DNA of 64,000 nucleotides, taken from the NCBI GenBank assembly GCA_964577595.1, contig CAZNZK010000005.1:10885-74884 (forward strand). Direction: 5' to 3'. Below the pieces are notes generated by a model. The model worked only from the letters and a program-made list of their open reading frames with translations, was not told the origin of the DNA and ran no database searches. The translations under genes were made by a program, and so were the position numbers. The DNA comes from an uncultured Candidatus Saccharibacteria bacterium (GTDB lineage: Bacteria > Patescibacteriota > Minisyncoccia > Phycocordibacterales > JAKAEA01). Below are positions 38,132 to 46,499 of the stretch, piece after piece; position 1 is the first letter of the stretch, and every line of letters begins with the position of its first letter.

Positions 38132-38542
38132 ATGTCTAAAATCGGCGCAAAAATTGGTGATAGTGCAGAATTTTCTGTCGAAGTTACTGCCGATATGGTG
38201 GACGCTTTTGCGAAGCTTTCGGGGGATATGAACGCTTTGCATATGGATGAAAAGTTTGCGCAGAGCAAGAAATTTGAAGGCCGAGTGGCGCATGGCATGC
38301 TTGGTGCCAGCTTTTTCTCGCGGCTGGTGGGCATGCATTTGCCGGGGAAAAATTCACTCTATCTTTCACAGTCACTTTTTTTTCGCCGGCCTATATATAT
38401 AGGAATGAAGGTGACCGTAAAAGGTGTAGTGATGCAAACGACGACAGCGACGCGGACGGTCAAAATAAAAACGGAGATACTTAATAGCGCCAATGCGGAG
38501 TGCTTGCTGGACGGCGAGGCGCTTGTTAAAGTGCTGGAATAG
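38132..38542 (+). CDS. MaoC-like (R)-specific dehydratase, hotdog fold
   Basis: FAKLSGDMNALHMDEKFA and RVAHGMLGASF motifs; strong GGAGG RBS 9 nt upstream. Confidence 0.7.
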   Translation: MSKIGAKIGDSAEFSVEVTADMVDAFAKLSGDMNALHMDEKFAQSKKFEGRVAHGMLGASFFSRLVGMHLPGKNSLYLSQSLFFRRPIYIGMKVTVKGVVMQTTTATRTVKIKTEILNSANAECLLDGEALVKVLE

Positions 38543-38562
38543 CTACTCTCACTCTGGCCGCG

Positions 38563-40044
38563 ATGCTCTTTAACTCCTTTTCCTTCCTTATATTTTTCCC
38601 GATAGTGGTAGTGCTTTACTACAGCATTCCGCGGCGGTTCCGAGTGTATTTTTTGTTGCTTGCGAGCTGTATTTTCTATATGGCTTTTGTGCCGTGGTAT
38701 ATCCTTATTTTGTTCTTTCTTATCGGTATTGATTTTTTCCTCGGGCAGGCCATTGAAAAGCGCACGGGCCATGCGCGGCGGGTATTGCTTGTAGTGAGTG
38801 TTATTTCCAACCTCGGTACGCTTTTTGTTTTTAAATATTTGAATTTTTTTGATGCAAATATTGCAGCGTTGGCGCATGCGTTGCATTGGAATTATTCCTT
38901 GCCGCTTTTGTCGCTGGTGGTGCCGCTTGGCCTTTCATTCCACGTGTTCCAGAGCTTGAGTTATGTGATTGAGGTTTACAGGGGCAAGTGGAAAGCGGAG
39001 CGGAACTTTTTCGTGTATGCGCTCTACGTGATGTTCTTTCCGCAATTGGTGGCGGGCCCTATTGAGCGGCCGCAACATCTTTTGCCGCAGTTTCGGGCGG
39101 AACACCAGTGGCGCGACGAAAATGCAATTACTGGCTTGGAGCGTATGCTCTGGGGATTTTTCAAGAAGATGGTGATTGCGGATAACTTAGCACCGATTGT
39201 TGATCATATTTTTGGCACGGTGCCACATAATGGGCCGGTACTTATTTTGGGAGTAGTGCTCTTTACCTATCAGCTTTACTGCGATTTCTCGGGCTATTCG
39301 GACATTGCCGTGGGCACGGCGCGAGTTTTGGGTTTTGAAATTATGGAAAACTTTAATAGGCCGTTTGCGGCGCGCTCCATTGCAGACTTTTGGCGGCGCT
39401 GGCACATTTCGCTTTCAAGCTGGCTTCGCGATTATTTATTTACCCCGCTTTTGTGGCTGTGGCGCGGTGCCGGGCAACTAGGTTTTTATGCGAGTTTGCT
39501 GGTAACATTCACGCTTATTGGCCTGTGGCATGGTGCGAACTGGACGTATGTGGTTTTCGGCGCATTGCATGGAGCATATATGGTGATTGGCGCGGCGACG
39601 CAAAAATGGCGCAACCGTTTTGCGGAACTTATTGGCCTGGTGCGGCTTCCGCGCCTTCGCGCGGCTTTGCAAACGCTGACGGTATTTGCGCTGGTATGTT
39701 TCAGTACGCTCTTTTTCCGGGCTGACACTATTGGCCAAGCATTCACTATGCTCGCACATATGGCCGATCATTTAGCGCAGGCGTTTAGCGTGAGTTTTTG
39801 GTGGCGGGAGGCGCCGGGCTTAATGGGGCTTTCGGCCCGCGGGGCAAAGGTGTATTTGTTTCTACTCATTTTAGCTATTATCGGCATGGAGGTTCTGCAG
39901 TATTTTCAGGAAAAGAAGGCGACGCTTTTAGTGTGGGCAAAATGGCCGAGCTGGGGGCGCATCAGCTGGCGCTATGCGGCGCTGGCGGCCATTGTCTTTT
40001 TCGGCTACCTGGGTGCGACGCCGTTTATCTATTTTAAGTTTTAG
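38563..40044 (+). CDS. MBOAT family membrane-bound O-acyltransferase (DltB/AlgI-like)
   Basis: FWRRWHISLSSWLRDYLF conserved-His motif; ~11 TM; 493 aa. Confidence 0.8.
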   Translation: MLFNSFSFLIFFPIVVVLYYSIPRRFRVYFLLLASCIFYMAFVPWYILILFFLIGIDFFLGQAIEKRTGHARRVLLVVSVISNLGTLFVFKYLNFFDANIAALAHALHWNYSLPLLSLVVPLGLSFHVFQSLSYVIEVYRGKWKAERNFFVYALYVMFFPQLVAGPIERPQHLLPQFRAEHQWRDENAITGLERMLWGFFKKMVIADNLAPIVDHIFGTVPHNGPVLILGVVLFTYQLYCDFSGYSDIAVGTARVLGFEIMENFNRPFAARSIADFWRRWHISLSSWLRDYLFTPLLWLWRGAGQLGFYASLLVTFTLIGLWHGANWTYVVFGALHGAYMVIGAATQKWRNRFAELIGLVRLPRLRAALQTLTVFALVCFSTLFFRADTIGQAFTMLAHMADHLAQAFSVSFWWREAPGLMGLSARGAKVYLFLLILAIIGMEVLQYFQEKKATLLVWAKWPSWGRISWRYAALAAIVFFGYLGATPFIYFKF

Positions 40045-40070
40045 TTTAAATTCTGATTATTTTTATTACC

Positions 40071-41213
40071 ATGTGGAAATTCCTGCTCAAATTTATTCTC
40101 TATATAGGCGTGCCGGTGGTGCTGGTGCTGGCGTTTCCACTCTATGTATATTGGCAGGCGCGTGAGTTCACGAGCGTGCATGACGCCATTACCACCCAGG
40201 CCGCTTCCAGCTCAGCGCTTTTTGGCATTGGCTACGACTATGCCAGCCGGGCATATAAAGAGGCGATGCTTGCCGAGAAGCCGGCCGATGTGGTAATTCT
40301 CGGCTCGTCGCGCGTGCTTGAGTTGCACCAACTGTTTTTTGCCTCGTCTACCAGGTTGGTGAATGCTGGCCTCGGACTGCCCGACATGTCTCGTTTGCCG
40401 GCTCTGCTTAATGACCACCCGGCAGGAAGCGAGCCGAAAGTGATTTTATTGGGAATTGACCCGTGGATGTTTAAGCCGGGGGAGGAAACGGTCAATATTC
40501 CCCAACAGGTGACGCTTGGTGACAGGCTCTGGGCTTTTGTGAGTGGCGCCTGGCGCACGGTGTATTCCGACTATTTTCTTTTCCATAAATTTGGCTTGGG
40601 CCAACTTGCCGCCGCCAGAAGCACGTCGTCTTCTATTGGCATTAATGCGCTTATTAACGATGAAGGATTTATGGCCGATGGCAGTGAACTCTATGGCCGA
40701 CGGGGCGAGCTTGAGAATTATGTGAATGTTGTGGCGCCGCAGGCTATAGAGCAAATGCGGGCATCGGTTGCCAGCGACCGGGCCGATTTTGATTTTGGTA
40801 CGAGCACGTCGGCGGCAAGCCTTCGCGAGTTAAATATCTTTTTGGCCACTGCCGAGGCGCGCGGCATTCATGTTGTTGGTTTTATTACGCCGTATCCACA
40901 TGCGGTTTTCCAGCAATTAATGAGCGTGCATGATAGTTATGCGCAAGAGGCGGTGCTTTTGCCAGCCGTGCTCAATGCGTTTTTCACTCATTACAATTTT
41001 CCATTCTTTAATTATATGGATGCGGCCAGCGCCGGCATTCCAGATAGCGAATTTTTGGACTTTCAGCACGTCACCGACAAAGGCGCTTTGCGGATACTTA
41101 TTGCTATGGCGCAAGGCGACAGCACGTTACGCGCATACGTTTCCCTGCCGAATTTAAAATCGCTCTTAGCTCACACCCCCGACGCTTTTATTGATCCAGC
41201 CGATTTAAAGTGA
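40071..41213 (+). CDS. DltD-like SGNH-type protein partner of MBOAT
   Basis: N-terminal anchor, VVILGSSRVLEL (DltD LGSSE-like) and C-terminal DFQHVTDKG (DxxH). Confidence 0.55.
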   Translation: MWKFLLKFILYIGVPVVLVLAFPLYVYWQAREFTSVHDAITTQAASSSALFGIGYDYASRAYKEAMLAEKPADVVILGSSRVLELHQLFFASSTRLVNAGLGLPDMSRLPALLNDHPAGSEPKVILLGIDPWMFKPGEETVNIPQQVTLGDRLWAFVSGAWRTVYSDYFLFHKFGLGQLAAARSTSSSIGINALINDEGFMADGSELYGRRGELENYVNVVAPQAIEQMRASVASDRADFDFGTSTSAASLRELNIFLATAEARGIHVVGFITPYPHAVFQQLMSVHDSYAQEAVLLPAVLNAFFTHYNFPFFNYMDAASAGIPDSEFLDFQHVTDKGALRILIAMAQGDSTLRAYVSLPNLKSLLAHTPDAFIDPADLK

Positions 41214-42163
41214 GTGGCAATGCTACGAATAATAGCGTCTAAGGATGTTTTTGGTTTCCAGCCGGTTAAAGCTTGGATGCGGGCGGTGTCGGGCACTCGC
41301 CGCGTCATATCTTCAAAACCTGGCCCGTAGGCTTCTCCATAGGGAACGGTAATAATTTTTGAGCGGCTCTTGAGTTGTTTTTTTATCCGTAACGCCAATT
41401 CCATTATGGTAATTTCTTCCTGACTGCCAATGTTATAGAGCGTGCCAATCGCGTCTGTTTTAGTTAACAGACTTTTAAGAGCTTTTACGACGTCGTTGAC
41501 GTCACAAAAACAGCGCGACTGTGTGCCGTCGCCATACACCGTAATGTCCTCGTTTTTAAGGGCTTGAGAGATGAAACGTGGCATCACCATGCCATATTGG
41601 CCGCTTTGGCGTGGTCCGACAGTATTGAAAAGCCGTACCAAAATAACGGGTAAATCGTACTGGTGGTGATAGGCTAGGGCGAGAAACTCATCAACCATTT
41701 TAGTGGCGGCGTAGGCCCAGCGGGATTTATTAGTGGTGCCCAAAACAACATCATCTTTTTCATTGTAGGGGATGCGGGTGCTTTTTCCATAGACTTCAGA
41801 GGTGCTGGCGACTAAAGTTTTACAGCGATAGCGCAGAGCTGTTTTGAGAACCGCTTCAGTGCCCATGATATTTGTTTCAATAGTGTGTACTGGCTGGTCA
41901 ACGATAAGCTTGACGCCAACAGCCGCGGCTAAGTGGATAACAGTATCAACTTGGCTCATAAGGCGATCCAACACGGTTTCGTTACGGATATCGGCAATGG
42001 CATAACTGAAATTCTTGTTGGAAATGAGGTGCGCGATATTGCGCATACTGCCAGTGGAAAGATTGTCTATGATGGAAACGGCGATGCCGTCCTTTAAAAG
42101 CGATTCGGCCAGATGGCTGCCGATAAAACCGGCGCCACCCGTAATGAGAATTTTTTTAGGCAT
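41171..42163 (-). CDS. NAD-dependent epimerase/dehydratase (SDR, UDP-sugar decarboxylase/epimerase-like)
   Basis: ILITGGAGFIGSHL and YAATK motifs; ATG at 42163. Confidence 0.7.
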   Translation of the reverse strand: MPKKILITGGAGFIGSHLAESLLKDGIAVSIIDNLSTGSMRNIAHLISNKNFSYAIADIRNETVLDRLMSQVDTVIHLAAAVGVKLIVDQPVHTIETNIMGTEAVLKTALRYRCKTLVASTSEVYGKSTRIPYNEKDDVVLGTTNKSRWAYAATKMVDEFLALAYHHQYDLPVILVRLFNTVGPRQSGQYGMVMPRFISQALKNEDITVYGDGTQSRCFCDVNDVVKALKSLLTKTDAIGTLYNIGSQEEITIMELALRIKKQLKSRSKIITVPYGEAYGPGFEDMTRRVPDTARIQALTGWKPKTSLDAIIRSIATHFKSAGSIKASGV

Positions 42164-43106
42164 ATCTTTTAATGTATGAGCGAATATGGTGATTCCGTTC
42201 GTTTTTGTAAAAGGTGAGGATCTTCGCGGCTTCTTTTTTGGGAATGTTATTTTTAGAAATATACATTCGGGCCAGTTTCCGATGGAGGCGGATACTAGCG
42301 AGAGTTTCCCAGAAGCGTAAGGGCTTGTCAATAATGTACTGTAAAAGCATGTCGGCCTCGGCCTTGGATATGCTGAAATAGGGGATGATATTATTTTGGA
42401 TAATATCTATCACCAATGTGGCGGCTCTCGGAGCGAATGATTCGTGGTGGGTGATAGAAGCGCCGCGCATCCGGTATTTGTATAACACAGAATCAAGATT
42501 AGCCAGAGCTTTCCCTTTTTGAACGAGGCGGCATTGAATTTCATAATCATCCACCGGCACATAGGCCGGATCATATCCGCCAATATCGGTAAGGGCTTGT
42601 TTGGTGACGAGCATACTGCCGTGGATAAACTGCGGCCGGAGGAGCAATAGAAAAAGAAGCAGGGTTTGATCGGTTGATTTGCGTTTTATGCCTAAAATCG
42701 TGCTGCCATCTTCGCTCATTAATTCCACCGAACAGCTAACGCCCGCGTACTCTTTATGTTTTTCCAAAAAGGCCACCTCTTCATCTAAGCGGGTGGGCAG
42801 AGAAATATCATCTGAATCTTGAATAGCTACATATACACCTTTGGCTAGAGCCGTAGCATCGTTCAATGCTGGCCCAGGGCCGCCACCGGAAACATTTCGG
42901 CGGATGAGCTTGATTCGCTGGTCGCGGCGTATGTAGCTCTCTACAACGCTTACGGTGTTGTCGGTTGAAGCGTCGTCAGCAATAATGAGCTCCCAATTCG
43001 GATAGGTTTGTTTTTGGATGCTCTCAATGGTTTCGCCAATGTATTTTTCAACATTGTGGGCGGCTGATATGACCGAAACGAGTGGTTGTGTTTTGCTACT
43101 GGGCAT
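42156..43106 (-). CDS. Glycosyltransferase family 2
   Basis: VSVISAAHNVEKYIGETIESIQKQTYPNWELIIADDASTDNT GT2 N-terminal signature. Confidence 0.75.
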   Translation of the reverse strand: MPSSKTQPLVSVISAAHNVEKYIGETIESIQKQTYPNWELIIADDASTDNTVSVVESYIRRDQRIKLIRRNVSGGGPGPALNDATALAKGVYVAIQDSDDISLPTRLDEEVAFLEKHKEYAGVSCSVELMSEDGSTILGIKRKSTDQTLLLFLLLLRPQFIHGSMLVTKQALTDIGGYDPAYVPVDDYEIQCRLVQKGKALANLDSVLYKYRMRGASITHHESFAPRAATLVIDIIQNNIIPYFSISKAEADMLLQYIIDKPLRFWETLASIRLHRKLARMYISKNNIPKKEAAKILTFYKNERNHHIRSYIKRYA

Positions 43107-43107
43107 T

Positions 43108-44358
43108 TTATGTGATGATTTTGGCGGCCACTATACTATTGATAAAACCATCAATACGGTGAAAGGTGGTATGTTTGGCGAATGTTTCGCGCATAGCATT
43201 CATTGCCCAGCGTTGCGCCATTTCCGGGTCGCGTTGGATTTTCTCAAAGTAATCACGATATTCGGCGGGGGAGTGAGCAATAAAAATTGTTTCTGGGCCA
43301 TATAATTTTTCCAGAATTTTTGCCGCGTCGGTTACTTGGGGAGTGCCGCAGGCCGCGAGCATATAACAACGCTCGTTTGTTTCGTCGGCGACGTGAAGGG
43401 AGTGAGGAAGGTTGATATTAACACCCACTTTCGCTCGCGCGTAGAGGTAGCGGTGCAGGTCGCGGTCAAAGGAAAAGTTTTTGATTTTTGCCCAGCCGGG
43501 CCCATCAATGAGGCCGGGATATTTTCGGGCAACCGTTCCTAAGTATTTCAGGTACGGTTCGGATTTCAGACTATTAATTGAGGCCAAAAAAACGTAGGGG
43601 ATATCGCGCGGGATATTGGCTACGGGGTAGTATTCAAGAATATTGGCCCCAAAGAGTAAGGAAAAAATAGGGTAGCCGGCGTCGCGGATTGGCTGGTAGA
43701 GTGGGCTCTCGGCGACGAAATCTTGGTGGTGAAAACAGTAGAAAAAGGTGACGCCGACTGAGGCCGCCCAGGCTATTCGCTCGGGCATTTTTTCCTTCCA
43801 TTCGTGTGGCTGGGGGACGATGCCGAGCGCGAGCTCATGGCTGGCGCGGTATTTTTTTAAAAAGCCCCAGTCTATTGTTGCAATATGGATAACGCTGTCC
43901 ACGGTCAAAAACATCGTTGGCTTAAATGTTTCAATAACTTGTTTGAAATTGGAGCCGGAATAGAAAAATTCGCACGCCACGCCCATGAAGGAGAAGGCTT
44001 GCTGAAAATTAAGGGCGTATGAGTATCCTCCCGGCGACTGGAATTGGTCGGGCAGATGAATCAGTACCCGCAATCCGGTAGTATTGGCGTGTTTGTTTTT
44101 AAATTGTTGGCAGGTTTTTTCGCGTAATGCATAGCCTTCGCGGACGATAGGGTCGGTTGAGTGCGCATATGCTTCGGGGCTCTCGTGCTGTGATTTTTTA
44201 CTAAGCCAGTTTTTAGTTTCAGCTAACAGGTGTTCGCGATTATTCCAGGTTTCCGGCCGGACCATGGCTTGAAACAGTAATAGGGTTCGGCCATTGTCAG
44301 GCTTACCCAGTGCTTTAGCCAGGTGGTATTTTGCCAGTCGTTCAAGATACTCTCTCAT
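43108..44358 (-). CDS. Hypothetical protein, possible CgeB/DUF3880-like GT-B fold protein
   Basis: No diagnostic motif; the C-terminal half resembles GT-B C-domains; lies between GT2 and the ABC exporter genes. Confidence 0.3.
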   Translation of the reverse strand: MREYLERLAKYHLAKALGKPDNGRTLLLFQAMVRPETWNNREHLLAETKNWLSKKSQHESPEAYAHSTDPIVREGYALREKTCQQFKNKHANTTGLRVLIHLPDQFQSPGGYSYALNFQQAFSFMGVACEFFYSGSNFKQVIETFKPTMFLTVDSVIHIATIDWGFLKKYRASHELALGIVPQPHEWKEKMPERIAWAASVGVTFFYCFHHQDFVAESPLYQPIRDAGYPIFSLLFGANILEYYPVANIPRDIPYVFLASINSLKSEPYLKYLGTVARKYPGLIDGPGWAKIKNFSFDRDLHRYLYARAKVGVNINLPHSLHVADETNERCYMLAACGTPQVTDAAKILEKLYGPETIFIAHSPAEYRDYFEKIQRDPEMAQRWAMNAMRETFAKHTTFHRIDGFINSIVAAKIIT

Positions 44359-45565
44359 GGGAAAAACGCGACGCTATTTCTACGAGGCCGGTACCGACCG
44401 GGTTGTGCTGGTTGTGCGGGTCAACGACATGAAAGACGGCGCATCCTGGCATGTAGTATTGTTGCTGGACGCTTACGCCAAGCTCGTAGGAATTCGGCAA
44501 TAATATATTCTGAATCTGTACTTTTATAATGTGCGTGCCTTTTTCAAGTTGTCGCACGTCGTCGTGGACCGAGCCAACACGCTCGCTGTTGATGGAGTCA
44601 ATGAAAAAGCCGATCTGGAATGAGGGTTGGTCAACCAACACTTCCAATTCAACCTCAACTTCTATGGGCTCACCATAGGGAAATGTCCAGGGGCGATTGT
44701 TGCCGTGGACTGATTGCAGGCGGGTAATGTGGAAATCTTTACTGGTGGCGCGCGGAACGACGACAGATGGTGTGTCGGCCGTGTGGAGATAGTGATTAAT
44801 AATTTCATCGGTCGGCCCGATTTTATCTATCTTTCCTTTAGAAAAAAGGATTGTTCGCGGACACAGGCGCTTGATGGCATCAAGGTTGTGACTGATGAAC
44901 ATGATGGTTCGCTTTTGATCGCGGGTCACTTCTTCCATTTTACCCAAGCATTTTTTCTGGAATTCAGCATCGCCAACGGCTAACACTTCGTCAACGAGCA
45001 AAATCTCCGGCTCCATGTGGGCGGCCACGGAAAAAGCCAGGCGAACATACATGCCGCTTGAATAGCGCTTCACTGGCGTGTCAATAAACTTGCCAATGCC
45101 GGCGAATTCAACTATTTGATCAAATTTTCGGGCAATTTCTTTGCCAGTCATGCCCATAATGGCGCCGTTAAGAAAAATGTTTTCGCGGCCGGTTAATTCT
45201 GGGTGGAAGCCGGTGCCGACTTCAAGCAGGCTACCAACCTTGCCACGCAAAATGATTTCGCCTTCGGTCGGCGGAGTGATTTGCGAAAGAATTTTCAGCA
45301 GGGTGGATTTACCAGCACCGTTGGCGCCTATGACGCCGACAATTTCACCTTTATTGATTTCAAATGACACATTTTTGAGGGCCCAAAATTCCTCCTTCTT
45401 TTCCAGACCAACCATACGCCGCGCTTTGGTTTTGGCGAAGGCAAAAGGCTTGCGCAGGGTAGTGGCTATAACGTCGCGTAGGGCCACGTAGCCACCACGC
45501 TCGTGGGTAATGGTGTAGCGCTTGCTGATATTTTTTACTTCAATTATGGGGGTGTTGGTGGGCAT
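44342..45565 (-). CDS. Polysaccharide ABC exporter ATP-binding protein (Wzt/TagH-like) with C-terminal extension
   Basis: Walker A GANGAGKST, ABC signature YSSGMYVRLAFS, Walker B LLVDEVLAVGD; extra ~150-aa C-terminal domain. Confidence 0.8.
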   Translation of the reverse strand: MPTNTPIIEVKNISKRYTITHERGGYVALRDVIATTLRKPFAFAKTKARRMVGLEKKEEFWALKNVSFEINKGEIVGVIGANGAGKSTLLKILSQITPPTEGEIILRGKVGSLLEVGTGFHPELTGRENIFLNGAIMGMTGKEIARKFDQIVEFAGIGKFIDTPVKRYSSGMYVRLAFSVAAHMEPEILLVDEVLAVGDAEFQKKCLGKMEEVTRDQKRTIMFISHNLDAIKRLCPRTILFSKGKIDKIGPTDEIINHYLHTADTPSVVVPRATSKDFHITRLQSVHGNNRPWTFPYGEPIEVEVELEVLVDQPSFQIGFFIDSINSERVGSVHDDVRQLEKGTHIIKVQIQNILLPNSYELGVSVQQQYYMPGCAVFHVVDPHNQHNPVGTGLVEIASRFSHERVS

Positions 45566-45570
45566 GTTTT

Positions 45571-46398
45571 TTAGACGATATCAGCAAAATAACGCTCAAC
45601 TTTTTTGAACATATATACACCAACAATAAGGAGAAGCGTGGAGCTGGCTAGGGAAATGAAGATGAGTGCCCAGTTGATAGGCGTGGTTCCTAAAAGTACC
45701 GCTCGGGCGTTTTGGACTACGGCCATCATAGGGTTGATGGCCAGGATTTTTGAATATTTTCCGGCGATGCTGGCTGGATAGATGACTGGTGTGACGAAAA
45801 TAAGTAATTGCATGAAGAAGGGTAGAATGTAGCGCACATCACGATACTTGACGTTGATGGCCGCCAGAATAAGTCCGAGGCCGCTTGCACACATAAAGGT
45901 AATGACGAAGACGATCGGAATAACGACGAAGCTCATAGCGCTCGGAGTGATGCCGTAGTAAATCATTAATCCGCCGAGGATAACGGCGGCTATGGCAAAA
46001 TCAACAAACTTGGTGACCACGGATGAAATACAAATAATAAGACGGGGGAAATAGACCTTGGTGATGATGGCTTGATTGGTGACGAGTGAATTACTGACAT
46101 CGCCCAAAGCGTCGGAAAATAGTTGCCAGAAGAGCAGGCCTGTATATACGAAAATCGGATACGGGACGTTATCGGATGGCACTTTTACCAGGCTGCCAAA
46201 GAACACAGAAAAAATCACCATCGTGACGAATGGTTGGACGACAGCCCAAATGACGCCAATCATGGTTTGGCGGTAGCGGACCTTTAAATCGCGCCAGCTA
46301 AAAAAATAAAGCAACTCGCGATAATCCCAGATCTCTTTGAAATCAGCGAGTCGGAAAATCTTCTTTGGTTTGATTATGGTGACGTTTGGTTGCGCCAT
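45571..46398 (-). CDS. ABC-2 type polysaccharide exporter permease (Wzm/TagG-like)
   Basis: Six TM helices and an ABC-2 family pattern; upstream of the Wzt-like gene. Confidence 0.75.
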   Translation of the reverse strand: MAQPNVTIIKPKKIFRLADFKEIWDYRELLYFFSWRDLKVRYRQTMIGVIWAVVQPFVTMVIFSVFFGSLVKVPSDNVPYPIFVYTGLLFWQLFSDALGDVSNSLVTNQAIITKVYFPRLIICISSVVTKFVDFAIAAVILGGLMIYYGITPSAMSFVVIPIVFVITFMCASGLGLILAAINVKYRDVRYILPFFMQLLIFVTPVIYPASIAGKYSKILAINPMMAVVQNARAVLLGTTPINWALIFISLASSTLLLIVGVYMFKKVERYFADIV

Positions 46399-46499
46399 TT
46401 TCGGCTATTCTACCATGAAAGTCGCCGGCCGTGTAGCCGTGGTATATGTTGTGTGTTAGGATGAATCGGTCTGCTTTTTAAAAAATAACGCTCATTATT

